DNA from: an uncultured Bacilli bacterium
GTDB lineage: Bacteria > Bacillota_I > Bacilli_A > RF39 > UBA660
Assembly (NCBI GenBank): GCA_934177995.1
Contig: CAKPPW010000004.1
Coordinates: 5,113-69,112, forward strand
Reading direction: 5' to 3'
Length of the DNA: 64,000 bases
A program made the translations under genes and the position numbers. How positions within the stretch are numbered: the stretch's first letter is position 1; the number at the start of each line of letters is the position of its first letter. Under the pieces are notes generated by a model. It worked only from the letters and a program-made list of their open reading frames with translations. It did not search any database and was not told the DNA's origin. This document shows positions 7,659-17,171 of this stretch, one piece after another.

Positions 7659-10442
7659 ATGTTTGATAAAAATGAGTATTTACAACAACTTGAAAATATA
7701 ATGATAGATAAAATTATATGGACACTAGCTAATAATGATAAGACAAAGGCTTTGGAACTTTATTTTATGGTTACGAGAGATCCTGATATAATTTTAGATT
7801 TAGCAGAAATTAAAAATAGAGATATCGGTTCCCTTACAGCTGCTGTAGTACAGTATGGTGATCAAAGTTCCTATTATGCTAAAACTAATTTAAAATTACC
7901 ATTTATTATCAATTCAAAGATAAGTGGTAGAATGTTTGATAAGGATTATGACTATAAAAAGTTTTTATCTTCCTTATTATACTTAATAGAAATTGATGAC
8001 AATAAATATTATAATATTGCTATAGATGTTTTATATAACTATATTGCTAGTGTTTATTCGACTGTTCATTTTCGTAAATTAAGTCTTTTAGAAAGTAAAG
8101 AGAAATTAGTAGAAGCATTGACTCAGTTAGAAGAAGTGGTTAATAATGAAGATTATAAAATAACTAAACAAGATGTAGATTTATTAAATGAGTTGTATGA
8201 TAATACTAGAATTATTAAAGACCTTCCAATAGTAAAAAAGGTCATAGATACATCTACTAATGTAGATTATTCTTTACTTGCTAAATTTTTAGGACTTAAT
8301 CCTTTAGAGTATCAATCTGTAAATGATTACTTTAATGGAGAAAAAATAATTGAGGATATAAAAAATAAGAAATACTCAATTGATGAACTTAATGTAATAA
8401 AGTTATTAGCTTTAAATATGAGTGTTGCACCAAACGATATTGGTATTTTTACGCATATGAATTTAAAAATTAATCCTAGAAGACCAAACTTTTATAATGT
8501 TTTGAAATTTGTAGAACTTTATGATCAATATACTGATGGTGAAAAGACTGTTAATTTTAATAAAATAGGAAAATATTTAAGACTTTCTAATAACTGTATA
8601 GATGATAATAGTTACTATCATGACGATGCTGCTGTCTTTAGAAAAATATATAAAGAATATAGAAAACAAAACTTTTCATTTAAAATAGAAGAATTTTGTA
8701 GTTATATAAATAGTATTAAAGAAGATGCTCATTTAGAAGAGGTAATAGCAAGATATAAGGTATTAGAAAATAGTACAGATTTTGATATTTATTCATTTTT
8801 CTATTTAATAGGAAGCAACAGTCATTCTCTTGATTTAGATAGATTTGCTCCATATATTCCTTATCTTTTGAAAACTAAAAGTGGTGAGAAGTTTTTTGCT
8901 CCAATATTGTTAAAAGAAAAAGAGGCTATTAAACAGTTAGAAGATATGTATACTAGTGATACTTTAAATAGATTGTTACCACTTGCTTATAATTTAGCAG
9001 ATGTATCTGATTATACAATTGGTAGCTATGCTAAAAGGTATGTTAAACCAGAAGATTATCAGAAATTCAGGGCAGTTTGTGATTGGTTAAGAAGCAAAAA
9101 TGAAGATATTTTTAAAAATTCAATAGATAGTGAATTTAATGAAGCTAAAGATAGAGAACGGGCAAAAAAAGAAGCAACTAGTTACTTTGTAAATTTACCT
9201 CTAAAGGAACTTAATGGTGCTACTACAATTAATAGTTATTATAAAAAAGTAGAAATACCTTTTACTACAAAGAAAGGTAAAACGCATACGTTAGGGTTAG
9301 CAATTATTACTGATTTATATCATTCTGTGTATTTAAAAAGACTAGATGATATTTGTTTAGTAGAAGCAAAAAAACTTATATGGCTAATGAAAGAGGAACA
9401 AGAGTTAGGTAAATATATAGATACTAGAGGCTATACTTATAAACAAGCTTTTGATATTATTTCTATGGCTAGTAAAAAAATAGATGATGAAAAGGCTTTT
9501 TCGTTGTTAACTATAAAACTAGAGGAAGAAGTAAAAAATAAAGAGCGAAAAGAAAAATTAGCTAAAGCTAGAAAATTCATTGATATACTTAAAAATGGTA
9601 GTTTTGATAGTATGACTAGCTTTTATGACTATGCGGCAAAAGAGTATAATATATCTAGAAATGAACAAGCTTTATTATTAAATGTTGCTATGGAAGATGA
9701 AGAATTAAGCGAAGCAATTAAAAAGAAAAAAATGGAAATTAAAGAGAAAAGGGCTCTTAAAAATAAAGAACAGACTAGAAAAAAATTAGAGTATGATATT
9801 GGTAAATATGGTGAAGAAGCAGTTAAAGCTATGAGAACATTTGTTAAAAGTGATGATTTTACAATAAAGAAATTCTGTAAGACTGCTGGTATTAGTGAAA
9901 AAGACTTTAAGTTTTATAGAAGAATTTGTGCCGAGATAGACGAAGATTTAGCAATTGAAGTTAATGATAAATGTATGGAAACTAGTAGAAAGTTTATTAT
10001 ATTTATAATTAAGTCAGCTAGAGAAGTGGCTTTAGAAATGAAAAGTTGTCATAAAGAAAAGGTGCCATATGATTTATATAATCATTATGAAAAGTATGGG
10101 GTTTCACCTTATTTAATAGCAGATATGTCATCAAGATTTGATAGAGTAAATGAAAGTAAATTAATAAATGATTATATGACTATTCATAATGCTATTTTTT
10201 CAAGTATTAGTGCTTCTAGACTAGAAAATCTGAAAAGACAAACTTCAATTTATAGTGCTAATTTCTATTTAGAAAATAGGAGTGTTTCTTATAATAAAAA
10301 AGATATGGAACAAGCTACTCTTGATTTAAGCAATAAGGGTATACCACTTTATAATGGAACTTTATATCAAGCTTTAATTAAGGTAAAAAATAATTCTAAA
10401 AATAATAAAAAGCCTTATGTGAAGACTAAACTAAATAATTAG
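7659..10442 (+). CDS. Large orphan protein (927 aa), cytoplasmic, no recognised catalytic motif
   Basis: Uninterrupted 2.8-kb ORF with an AAGGGGGA RBS. No TM segments. Lys/Glu-rich coiled-coil-like stretches around aa 620-700. Confidence 0.65.
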   Translation: MFDKNEYLQQLENIMIDKIIWTLANNDKTKALELYFMVTRDPDIILDLAEIKNRDIGSLTAAVVQYGDQSSYYAKTNLKLPFIINSKISGRMFDKDYDYKKFLSSLLYLIEIDDNKYYNIAIDVLYNYIASVYSTVHFRKLSLLESKEKLVEALTQLEEVVNNEDYKITKQDVDLLNELYDNTRIIKDLPIVKKVIDTSTNVDYSLLAKFLGLNPLEYQSVNDYFNGEKIIEDIKNKKYSIDELNVIKLLALNMSVAPNDIGIFTHMNLKINPRRPNFYNVLKFVELYDQYTDGEKTVNFNKIGKYLRLSNNCIDDNSYYHDDAAVFRKIYKEYRKQNFSFKIEEFCSYINSIKEDAHLEEVIARYKVLENSTDFDIYSFFYLIGSNSHSLDLDRFAPYIPYLLKTKSGEKFFAPILLKEKEAIKQLEDMYTSDTLNRLLPLAYNLADVSDYTIGSYAKRYVKPEDYQKFRAVCDWLRSKNEDIFKNSIDSEFNEAKDRERAKKEATSYFVNLPLKELNGATTINSYYKKVEIPFTTKKGKTHTLGLAIITDLYHSVYLKRLDDICLVEAKKLIWLMKEEQELGKYIDTRGYTYKQAFDIISMASKKIDDEKAFSLLTIKLEEEVKNKERKEKLAKARKFIDILKNGSFDSMTSFYDYAAKEYNISRNEQALLLNVAMEDEELSEAIKKKKMEIKEKRALKNKEQTRKKLEYDIGKYGEEAVKAMRTFVKSDDFTIKKFCKTAGISEKDFKFYRRICAEIDEDLAIEVNDKCMETSRKFIIFIIKSAREVALEMKSCHKEKVPYDLYNHYEKYGVSPYLIADMSSRFDRVNESKLINDYMTIHNAIFSSISASRLENLKRQTSIYSANFYLENRSVSYNKKDMEQATLDLSNKGIPLYNGTLYQALIKVKNNSKNNKKPYVKTKLNN

Positions 10443-10487
10443 TAGTAATTATTTAGAAAATATAGTATTATTAGAGCAAGGAGGTAT

Positions 10488-10910
10488 ATGGTGGCAAGTA
10501 TATGGTTGATTATATTTATAGTTTTAGTTGTTATTGAACTGCTCACTATTAATTTAGTAACTATTTGGTTTGCTATAGCGGCAGTATTTGCTTTAATAGT
10601 TGATGTTATTACTAGAAATACTATGCTAGAAATGTTAGTGTTTACAGTAAGTTCTCTTCTTCTTTTATTACTGACTAAACCGTTAATAAAGAGAATAAAG
10701 GTTAAAAAGATAGAATCTACCAATCTTGATATGGTTATTAATAAAGTAGGAATAGTAACAGAAGATATCTTAAATGATAAAATAGGAGAAGTGAAGGTTC
10801 TTGGAAAAAAGTGGAGTGCATATAGTGATAGTGAAATAAAAAAGCAGGAAAAAGTTAAAATATTATCTATTGATGGGGTTAAACTCAAAGTAGAGAAAAT
10901 GGGAGAGTGA
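10488..10910 (+). CDS. NfeD family membrane protein
   Basis: N-terminal TM helices followed by a C-terminal OB-like segment GEVKVLGKKWSAYSD. It sits immediately upstream of an SPFH gene, which is the classic NfeD-SPFH pairing. Confidence 0.75.
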   Translation: MVASIWLIIFIVLVVIELLTINLVTIWFAIAAVFALIVDVITRNTMLEMLVFTVSSLLLLLLTKPLIKRIKVKKIESTNLDMVINKVGIVTEDILNDKIGEVKVLGKKWSAYSDSEIKKQEKVKILSIDGVKLKVEKMGE

Positions 10911-10914
10911 TAAA

Positions 10915-11805
10915 ATGTTATTTATAATTTTAATAATTATTCTAGTAATAATAATACTAGGAATCAAAGTAATACCACAATCAGAAGCAAAGGTAGTAGA
11001 ACGTCTTGGTAGTTATAATGCTACTTTAGGAACTGGACCACATTATGTAATTCCTTTTATTGATAGAGTTGCTAATACAGTCACTTTAAAAGAAATAGTG
11101 AAAGACTTTGCACCACAACCAGTTATTACGAAAGATAATGTTACTATGCAAATAGATACAGTTGTTTATTTTCAAATAACTGATCCAAAACTATATACTT
11201 ATGGAGTAGAAAATCCAATAAACGCTATTGAAAATTTAACTGCTACAACCCTTAGAAATATTATCGGTGAGTTAGAGCTTGATCAAACATTGACATCAAG
11301 AGATATAATTAATTCTAAAATGCGATCAATTCTAGATGAAGCAACTGATCCTTGGGGTATAAAAGTTAATAGAGTAGAAGTTAAAAATATTTTACCGCCT
11401 AGAGATATTCAAGAAGCAATGGAAAAACAAATGCGTGCTGAACGTGAAAGACGTGAGAAGATTCTTCAAGCAGAAGGTGAGAAGAAAGCAGCTGTCTTAA
11501 TTGCTGAAGGAGAAAAAGAAAGTACTATTCTAAGAGCAGATGCAAAGAAAGAAGCAGAAATTAGAGAAGCTGAAGGAAAAGCTGAAGCTATTATGAAAGT
11601 AAAAGAAGCAGAAGCTGAAGGTATTAAACTAATTAAAGCAGCTAAAGCCGATGAAGCAGTATTAAAACTAAGAAGTTATGAAGCCATGGTTAAAGTAGCT
11701 AATGGTACAGCAACTAAAATAATTGTTCCAAGTGATTTACAAAATTTAGTAACTACTGGTTCTATTTTAAAAGAAACAATTAAAGAAGAAAAAGATAATA
11801 AATAA
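10915..11805 (+). CDS. SPFH/band-7 (stomatin/QmcA-like) protein
   Basis: N-terminal TM helix, then VPQSEAKVVERLG...ITKDNV...VYFQITDP...LRNIIG, followed by an Ala/Glu-rich coiled-coil tail. Confidence 0.9.
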   Translation: MLFIILIIILVIIILGIKVIPQSEAKVVERLGSYNATLGTGPHYVIPFIDRVANTVTLKEIVKDFAPQPVITKDNVTMQIDTVVYFQITDPKLYTYGVENPINAIENLTATTLRNIIGELELDQTLTSRDIINSKMRSILDEATDPWGIKVNRVEVKNILPPRDIQEAMEKQMRAERERREKILQAEGEKKAAVLIAEGEKESTILRADAKKEAEIREAEGKAEAIMKVKEAEAEGIKLIKAAKADEAVLKLRSYEAMVKVANGTATKIIVPSDLQNLVTTGSILKETIKEEKDNK

Positions 11806-12095
11806 GATAGCCATTACCTGACTATCTTTTAATGTGTCTATAATCATTTAGAAAAATTAATAATCTTGATATGGTTAGTAGTTTAAAAGCTAACCTATAA
11901 AGCAGACTAAAAAAAGTTCACTTTTTTAAATTTCTACTTTTAAAAGGAGATTTGGCATTTTCCAGTATGTTTGATAAGAAGATTTACTAAATTACTTCTT
12001 CAATTTGCTAAATTGATAGGGTAAAACAGGTCTAATTTACAATTTTCCCTTTTTGCTTTCTAATTTTTATTGTGATAGATTAGGAGCGAAGGGAG

Positions 12096-13043
12096 GTGAA
12101 TACTACTTTGTTAGACGAAAAAATATCTTCAAGACTTTCTAGATTAAGAGATAATCTTATTAAAAATGATAAAGTAATCCCTGGTACTACTGATACTATG
12201 TTTAAGATTGTTATGACCTCTTGTAAGTCTTATCTTACTTTTCTAATTAGTGAGTTTATTAATATTAACGAATCTGATTTAGTAAAAAAAATTATTATTC
12301 AGAATAATGAATTACCACTTAGTAATGCTAAAGAAAGAAAAAAGATATCAGACTTTATCGCTAAAGTTAATAAGTCTTTGATAAATTTTGAAATGAATAG
12401 TGAATACTTTGATGGATTACTAATTAGAAATCAAGCTTATCTTGGTAAAATTGAAGGTGAAAGTTTAAATGCTAGTGAAGATTATAGTAATATGCAACGA
12501 TTTCTACAAGTAAACTTTAATGACTTTATCCATTTTAAAAGTGATAGTCCTATACTTGAATTTGTCTATACTGATATAGTTAATGGAGAAATTGAAACGG
12601 AAAATCTTAAAAAATACCATATCAGTCTTCCCAAGTTAGAAAAGAAATACTATAATGGTGATAAGTTAAGTAAACTTGAAAAAGCCTTACTTATTTTAAA
12701 ACTTGATAAGATAAAAGACTTAGAAGAAATTAGCAGAGGAGATGAAGACTTAATGGAAGCGGTTGAAAGAATCAAAGATGCTACTTTTGATATCAATACT
12801 ATCGGGTTATATGATGCTGAACTTGATAGAAAGTGGAAAGAAGAAGCTAAAATAGCATATTATAATAAGATAGCTAAGGAAGATGGTCGGGAAGAAGGTC
12901 GTAATGAAGGTCTCAGAGAAGGACGTGAAGAGGGTCAATTTTCTATTATATCTACTATGCTTAAAAACGGTATAACTCCTAAAAAAGTTATAGAAATGAC
13001 CGGAATATCCTTAGAAAAAATCAAAAAGATGGGTTTGTTGTAA
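12096..13043 (+). mobile_element. Rpn family recombination-promoting nuclease / putative transposase (PD-(D/E)XK, YhgA-like)
   Basis: The C-terminal tail KIAYYNKIAKEDGREEGRNEGLREGREEGQFSIISTMLKNGITPKKVIEMTGISLEKIKKM is characteristic of this family. The true start is probably TTG 12108, which lies 8 nt after GGAGGTG. Confidence 0.6.
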
Positions 13044-13139
13044 TCCATCTTTTACTTTAATTAAAAAAACTAGTACGGGAAAAGCTTAATTCCTTTAGAT
13101 CATCTTCAAGTTCAAATATTTAATAGTATAATAATTAAA

Positions 13140-13430
13140 AGGAGATGAAGATTTAATGGAAGCAGTTGAAAGAATTAAGGATGCCACTTTTGATATCAAT
13201 ACTATCGGATTATACGATGCTGAACTTGATAGAAAATGGCGAGAAGAAGCTAAAATAGCATATTATAATAAGATAGCCAGAAAAGATGGTCGTGAGGAAG
13301 GTCGTGAAGAGGAGCAATCTTCTATTATCACTAATATGCTTAATAACGGTATAACACCAATAAAAATCACAGAAATGACTGGCATACCGTTAGAAAAAGT
13401 AAAAAGGTGGGTTTGAATCCACCTTTTACT
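13140..13430 (+). pseudogene. Tandem duplicate of the 3' third of the Rpn gene (ORF 13156..13416, 86 aa)
   Basis: Nucleotide-level direct repeat of 12737..13056, with an in-frame loss of the GRNEGLREG repeat units. The fragment retains an ATG preceded by GGAG, formed from what is internal coding sequence in the full copy. Confidence 0.6.
13401..13427. terminator. Bidirectional intrinsic terminator shared by the Rpn fragment and sspI
   Basis: AAAAGGTGG-gtttgaat-CCACCTTTT: a 9-bp stem with an A-run on one side and a T-run on the other, between convergent ORFs. Confidence 0.6.
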
Positions 13431-13641
13431 GTTTGTCACTTATTTGTTTTTTTATAATCTCTAACATCTCTTGTTTTAGCTTATCATCAGCACCTTGCCA
13501 GATAAGTTCTAAAAAGACACCCATACCAGGTAATGTTTCCTCATCGTTTTCAGCAATTGATTCATCTATTGCTCTTTTAAGTTCATCAAAATCATCACCT
13601 TTAAAATTGTTAATAATATGATTTCTTATGCTTAAATCCAT
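13426..13641 (-). CDS. sspI: Small acid-soluble spore protein SspI
   Basis: MDLSIRNHIINNFKGDDFDELKRAIDESIAENDEETLPGMGVFLELIWQ closely follows B. subtilis SspI (MDLNLRHAVIANV.G....EL...I.DAI...E...LPGLGVLFEVIWQ). Confidence 0.8.
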   Translation of the reverse strand: MDLSIRNHIINNFKGDDFDELKRAIDESIAENDEETLPGMGVFLELIWQGADDKLKQEMLEIIKKQISDKQ

Positions 13642-13751
13642 TTTTTATCATCTCCTAGACATATTTTTACCAAAATAATGAATATTATACTAAAAAGGCT
13701 TTTGCTTTTTTAGAAATTAAGATATACTTAAATTGTAAGGAGGAGATAAAG

Positions 13752-14309
13752 ATGCCAGTATGGTTAATTGTAGTTATTGTTATCATTCTGATTATTATTC
13801 TATGGTTTATTGGTACATATAATTCGTTAGTAGGACTAAGAAATAGAGTAAAAGATCAATGGAGTCAAATCGATGTTCAATTAAAAAGAAGAACTGATCT
13901 TATTCCTAACTTAGTAGAAATTGTAAAAGGCTATGCTAAACATGAAAAAAGTACTTTTGAAGATGTTGTAAAAGCAAGAAATGCCGTAGCAAATGCTTCT
14001 ACCAAGGAAGAAGAGATGAAAGCAAACGGAGAATTATCTGGAGTATTAAACAGATTGTTTGCTTTAGCTGAAGCTTATCCAGAACTAAAGGCTAATGAAA
14101 ACTTTTTAAGTTTACAAAATGACCTAAAAGATACTGAAGATAAGATTAGCATGATGAGACAATTTTACAATGATACAGTACTTTCCTATAATAATAAAGT
14201 ACAAACTATACCAAGCAATATAGTTGCAAATATTTGTCATTTTAAAGAAGATACTTTCTTTAAAGTGGATGAAAAAGATAGAGAAGTACCGAAAATATCA
14301 TTTGAGTAG
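13752..14309 (+). CDS. LemA family protein
   Basis: N-terminal TM helix followed by [34 protein letters not shown]...QFYNDTV..YN, which are the LemA signature segments. Confidence 0.9.
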   Translation: MPVWLIVVIVIILIIILWFIGTYNSLVGLRNRVKDQWSQIDVQLKRRTDLIPNLVEIVKGYAKHEKSTFEDVVKARNAVANASTKEEEMKANGELSGVLNRLFALAEAYPELKANENFLSLQNDLKDTEDKISMMRQFYNDTVLSYNNKVQTIPSNIVANICHFKEDTFFKVDEKDREVPKISFE

Positions 14310-14348
14310 ACTTGCTAACTTATGCAAGTCTTTTTAGGAGGAGAACAG

Positions 14349-16241
14349 ATGAAAAAACGATATTTATTGATTATTATCGCTTGTTTCTTTTTACTTAATC
14401 CGCAACAAGTGAGAGCGGTTGAAACAACTAAAAAGTTTTATAGTAATATTGACATAGAAACAGATGGTAGTGTTAAAGTCAAGGAGTTGTTTGAACTTAG
14501 TGGAAATTATAATGGATTAAGAAGAATTATAAATTATCGAAATAGTAATGCTAAAGAGTTTAGCGGTAGTGTTAGTGATTTAGAAGGTAGTAGTATTTAT
14601 AATGGAAGCGGTATTACTGATTTACAAGTATCAAGCGTTAGCAATAGTAACTTAACATTTAATAGTTTAAATGAGGTAGTAAATTACTTTACTTTAGTTA
14701 ATTATGCTAATAAAGGAGAAAGTGGAGTTTATACAAGGGAAGATACCAATAATGGCGTAAGTCTACTTGTTTACAATCCATCATCTAAAAATGAAGCTTT
14801 TTATCTTTCTTATACTATTCCTAATGTCATTGTAGTACATAATGATATAGCAGAATATGCTTTTAATATCTTTGGTAGTGAGTATGAAGAAAACATTAAA
14901 GACTTTAGGGTACAAGTTAATCTTCCGGGAGAAGATAGTGACTTTAGAGTCTGGCTACATGGACCCCTAAATGGTTATATAGATAGAACTGATAATAAAA
15001 CAACAGTGGCTACTTCGGACTTTATTGGTGCTCATAATCCCGTTAGTATTAGAATTTTATTTAATAAAGATTTGGTACCTAATGCAACTAAGTTTAGTGG
15101 AATGACTGCTAAAGAAGATATTATTAAATATCAAACCAAACTTGCCGATGAAGCTAATGCTACTAGAGATAAAATAGCAAGAGAAAACAACACTGTTAAA
15201 ATTATAACTGTAATTTGGTATGTAGTTACTTTACTACTTTCTATACTGACGATTAAGAAAGTAAAGGACTCTAAGAAAACAGATTTTGCTATGGAGTATT
15301 ATCGTGACTTTCCAGGAGACTATGGACCAGAAGTATTAGAGTATCTTTTATCTAAAAATGTAACGGAAAAGAGTTTATCGGCTACTATTTTAAATCTTAT
15401 TTATAAAAAAGCTCTAAAAGTAGAACCTACTGATATGGATAAGAAAAATTATCGACTTATTTTTCAAAAAGATAGCAATGTAGTACTAACTAAAGCTGAA
15501 GAAGTAGCTAAAAAGATGTTTATTGATAGAATAGGAAATGGGGAAAGTGTTGAACTTTCTAAGATTAAATCATATTGTTCTAAAGAATATAATGCTAGAA
15601 ATATTATGAATCTTTATAATGATTTTGTTAAAGAAGGAGTAAATCTCGGTAAAGCTGAAGGATACTATGATAAGATGCCTAAAGTACAAGCTATTGCTAT
15701 TATAGTATCTTTATTAGGATTTTTAATAATGCTTTTAGGAATACAATTAGAAGTTGATTTCTTACCAGCTACAATAGCAGGAATAATTAGCTTAATTAAT
15801 ATGATAATTTTAGCTTTTCAAAAAACCTATACTAAAAAAGGAGCCAAGGAATATAAGATGTGGATGGCTCATAAGAAATTCTTAGAAGACTTTTCAAGGT
15901 TTGATGAAAAAGAATTATTAGAAGTACCTTTCTGGGATAAATATTTAGTATATGCTACTGTACTAGGTTGTGCTGATAAACTATCTAAACAGATGAAAAT
16001 AAAAATGGCTACTATGAGTGAAAATGATACTAATCCATATTCATACTATATGTATGATAATGACTTTAGTTATATAGGCTATGCAGTAAGTAATAGTATT
16101 TCAAATTCAGTAAATCAAGCTATATCTTCGTCAAGAAGTTCAATAGCAGCTTCAAGCTCATCTTCAGGCGATGGATTCTCTGGTGGATCAGTCGGTGGAG
16201 GAGGAAGCTTCGGTGGAGGCGGAGGGGGAGGAAGATTCTAA
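14349..16241 (+). CDS. DUF2207-type membrane protein with a Gly-rich C-terminal tail
   Basis: Signal peptide, large extracytoplasmic domain, TM helices, and the tail GDGFSGGSVGGGGSFGGGGGGGRF typical of DUF2207. It is paired with LemA. ATG 14349 (AGGAGG upstream) is preferred over 14322. Confidence 0.8.
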   Translation: MKKRYLLIIIACFFLLNPQQVRAVETTKKFYSNIDIETDGSVKVKELFELSGNYNGLRRIINYRNSNAKEFSGSVSDLEGSSIYNGSGITDLQVSSVSNSNLTFNSLNEVVNYFTLVNYANKGESGVYTREDTNNGVSLLVYNPSSKNEAFYLSYTIPNVIVVHNDIAEYAFNIFGSEYEENIKDFRVQVNLPGEDSDFRVWLHGPLNGYIDRTDNKTTVATSDFIGAHNPVSIRILFNKDLVPNATKFSGMTAKEDIIKYQTKLADEANATRDKIARENNTVKIITVIWYVVTLLLSILTIKKVKDSKKTDFAMEYYRDFPGDYGPEVLEYLLSKNVTEKSLSATILNLIYKKALKVEPTDMDKKNYRLIFQKDSNVVLTKAEEVAKKMFIDRIGNGESVELSKIKSYCSKEYNARNIMNLYNDFVKEGVNLGKAEGYYDKMPKVQAIAIIVSLLGFLIMLLGIQLEVDFLPATIAGIISLINMIILAFQKTYTKKGAKEYKMWMAHKKFLEDFSRFDEKELLEVPFWDKYLVYATVLGCADKLSKQMKIKMATMSENDTNPYSYYMYDNDFSYIGYAVSNSISNSVNQAISSSRSSIAASSSSSGDGFSGGSVGGGGSFGGGGGGGRF

Positions 16242-16322
16242 TCTTCCTTACTTTTTTGAAAAAAACGTACATATTGTACAAAAAACACTAGTGAAATATG
16301 TGCATTTTGTACGAAATTTATA

Positions 16323-17171
16323 TTAATTTGATATTCTAATAGAAGATTTTACTCTTACTATAAAACCTTTTAGAAAAGAAAATAAACAAGCTAAGACAAT
16401 AGTTTGGTCAAGAATTAGAAATATATTAAATATAGCATAGAATCTATTAAAGATTAAAAATGATGATATTTTATTCATTACTAACATATAAGGATAGTCA
16501 TAGTATTTACTAAGTAGTAAGGAAGGTAGTAGGGCTATTAGAAAATATTCTAAGATAATAATTAATAATGAGAAGAGAAATCCTAATAGATAAGCTTTTC
16601 TCATTTTTTTAGTTTTATCAGTAGCAAAGATACTGAATAAAAGAAAAGGTAGGTAGGTATAACTACTAAATAGTAAGGCTCCTTTAATAATACTAGTAGA
16701 ATTAAAACTACTAGATAAATAAGCTATATCAAGGGAGTGAGTAGCACCTGATATTTGAATTACAAATAAAATAATAAAGATTATTAAAGAGATGAAGGCA
16801 AGATGGGCTATTTGATCTAGTTCTCTTTTAGAAATTAATAAGGAAGTTAAGATAAGTAAAATAATTAAATAGAAAATATTACATTCTCTTAAGAAGTTTC
16901 TATTAATAAAGATAGCTGTATCTTTTAAAAGAATAATAGTAAAGATAATAATAACTGGTATTAATAAATAACTAGGATTAATCTTTTTATAGATAATATT
17001 TTTAGTAATAGTAAATAAAAGTACATCAATAATAATTCCTAGTAAACAAGCAATTAAAGTATCATTACCACTTATCCTTATTATATTATGTCCATATAAG
17101 AGAAAGAAAAAGTGGGTAAAGAAGAAAGCTAAACTAAAGATATATAACTGATTATTTTTATTCTTGATCAT
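16323..17171 (-). CDS. Spore germination protein, GerAB-type (permease-like) subunit; appears short at 282 aa
   Basis: Polytopic membrane protein. It is the last gene of the ger operon and its start overlaps the stop of the GerxC gene by 14 nt. Confidence 0.6.
   Translation of the reverse strand: MIKNKNNQLYIFSLAFFFTHFFFLLYGHNIIRISGNDTLIACLLGIIIDVLLFTITKNIIYKKINPSYLLIPVIIIFTIILLKDTAIFINRNFLRECNIFYLIILLILTSLLISKRELDQIAHLAFISLIIFIILFVIQISGATHSLDIAYLSSSFNSTSIIKGALLFSSYTYLPFLLFSIFATDKTKKMRKAYLLGFLFSLLIIILEYFLIALLPSLLLSKYYDYPYMLVMNKISSFLIFNRFYAIFNIFLILDQTIVLACLFSFLKGFIVRVKSSIRISN

Noticed and set aside
10439-10888. 149-aa ORF antisense to the NfeD gene. The same applies to other antisense or shadow ORFs in the track: 130..408, 3961..4179, 13433..13621, 18546..18755, 21365..21574, 26252..26551, 27086..27274, 28125..28307, 30897..31106, 38041..38253, 40828..41037, 46069..46269, 47393..47578, 47633..48079, 51892..52170, 55808..56011 and 58232..58420.
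   Set aside because: Each lies entirely within, and opposite or out of frame to, a gene with clear family motifs or better coding features. They have low-complexity Leu/Ser/Phe/Ile-rich translations typical of shadow frames in AT-rich DNA, and no RBS.
13642-13700. Sigma-G type promoter for sspI (reverse strand GTATA-17-AAAAATA)
   Set aside because: The -10 element matches the CATnnTA consensus only partially. The site is plausible biologically but not supported well enough by sequence alone to list as a feature.
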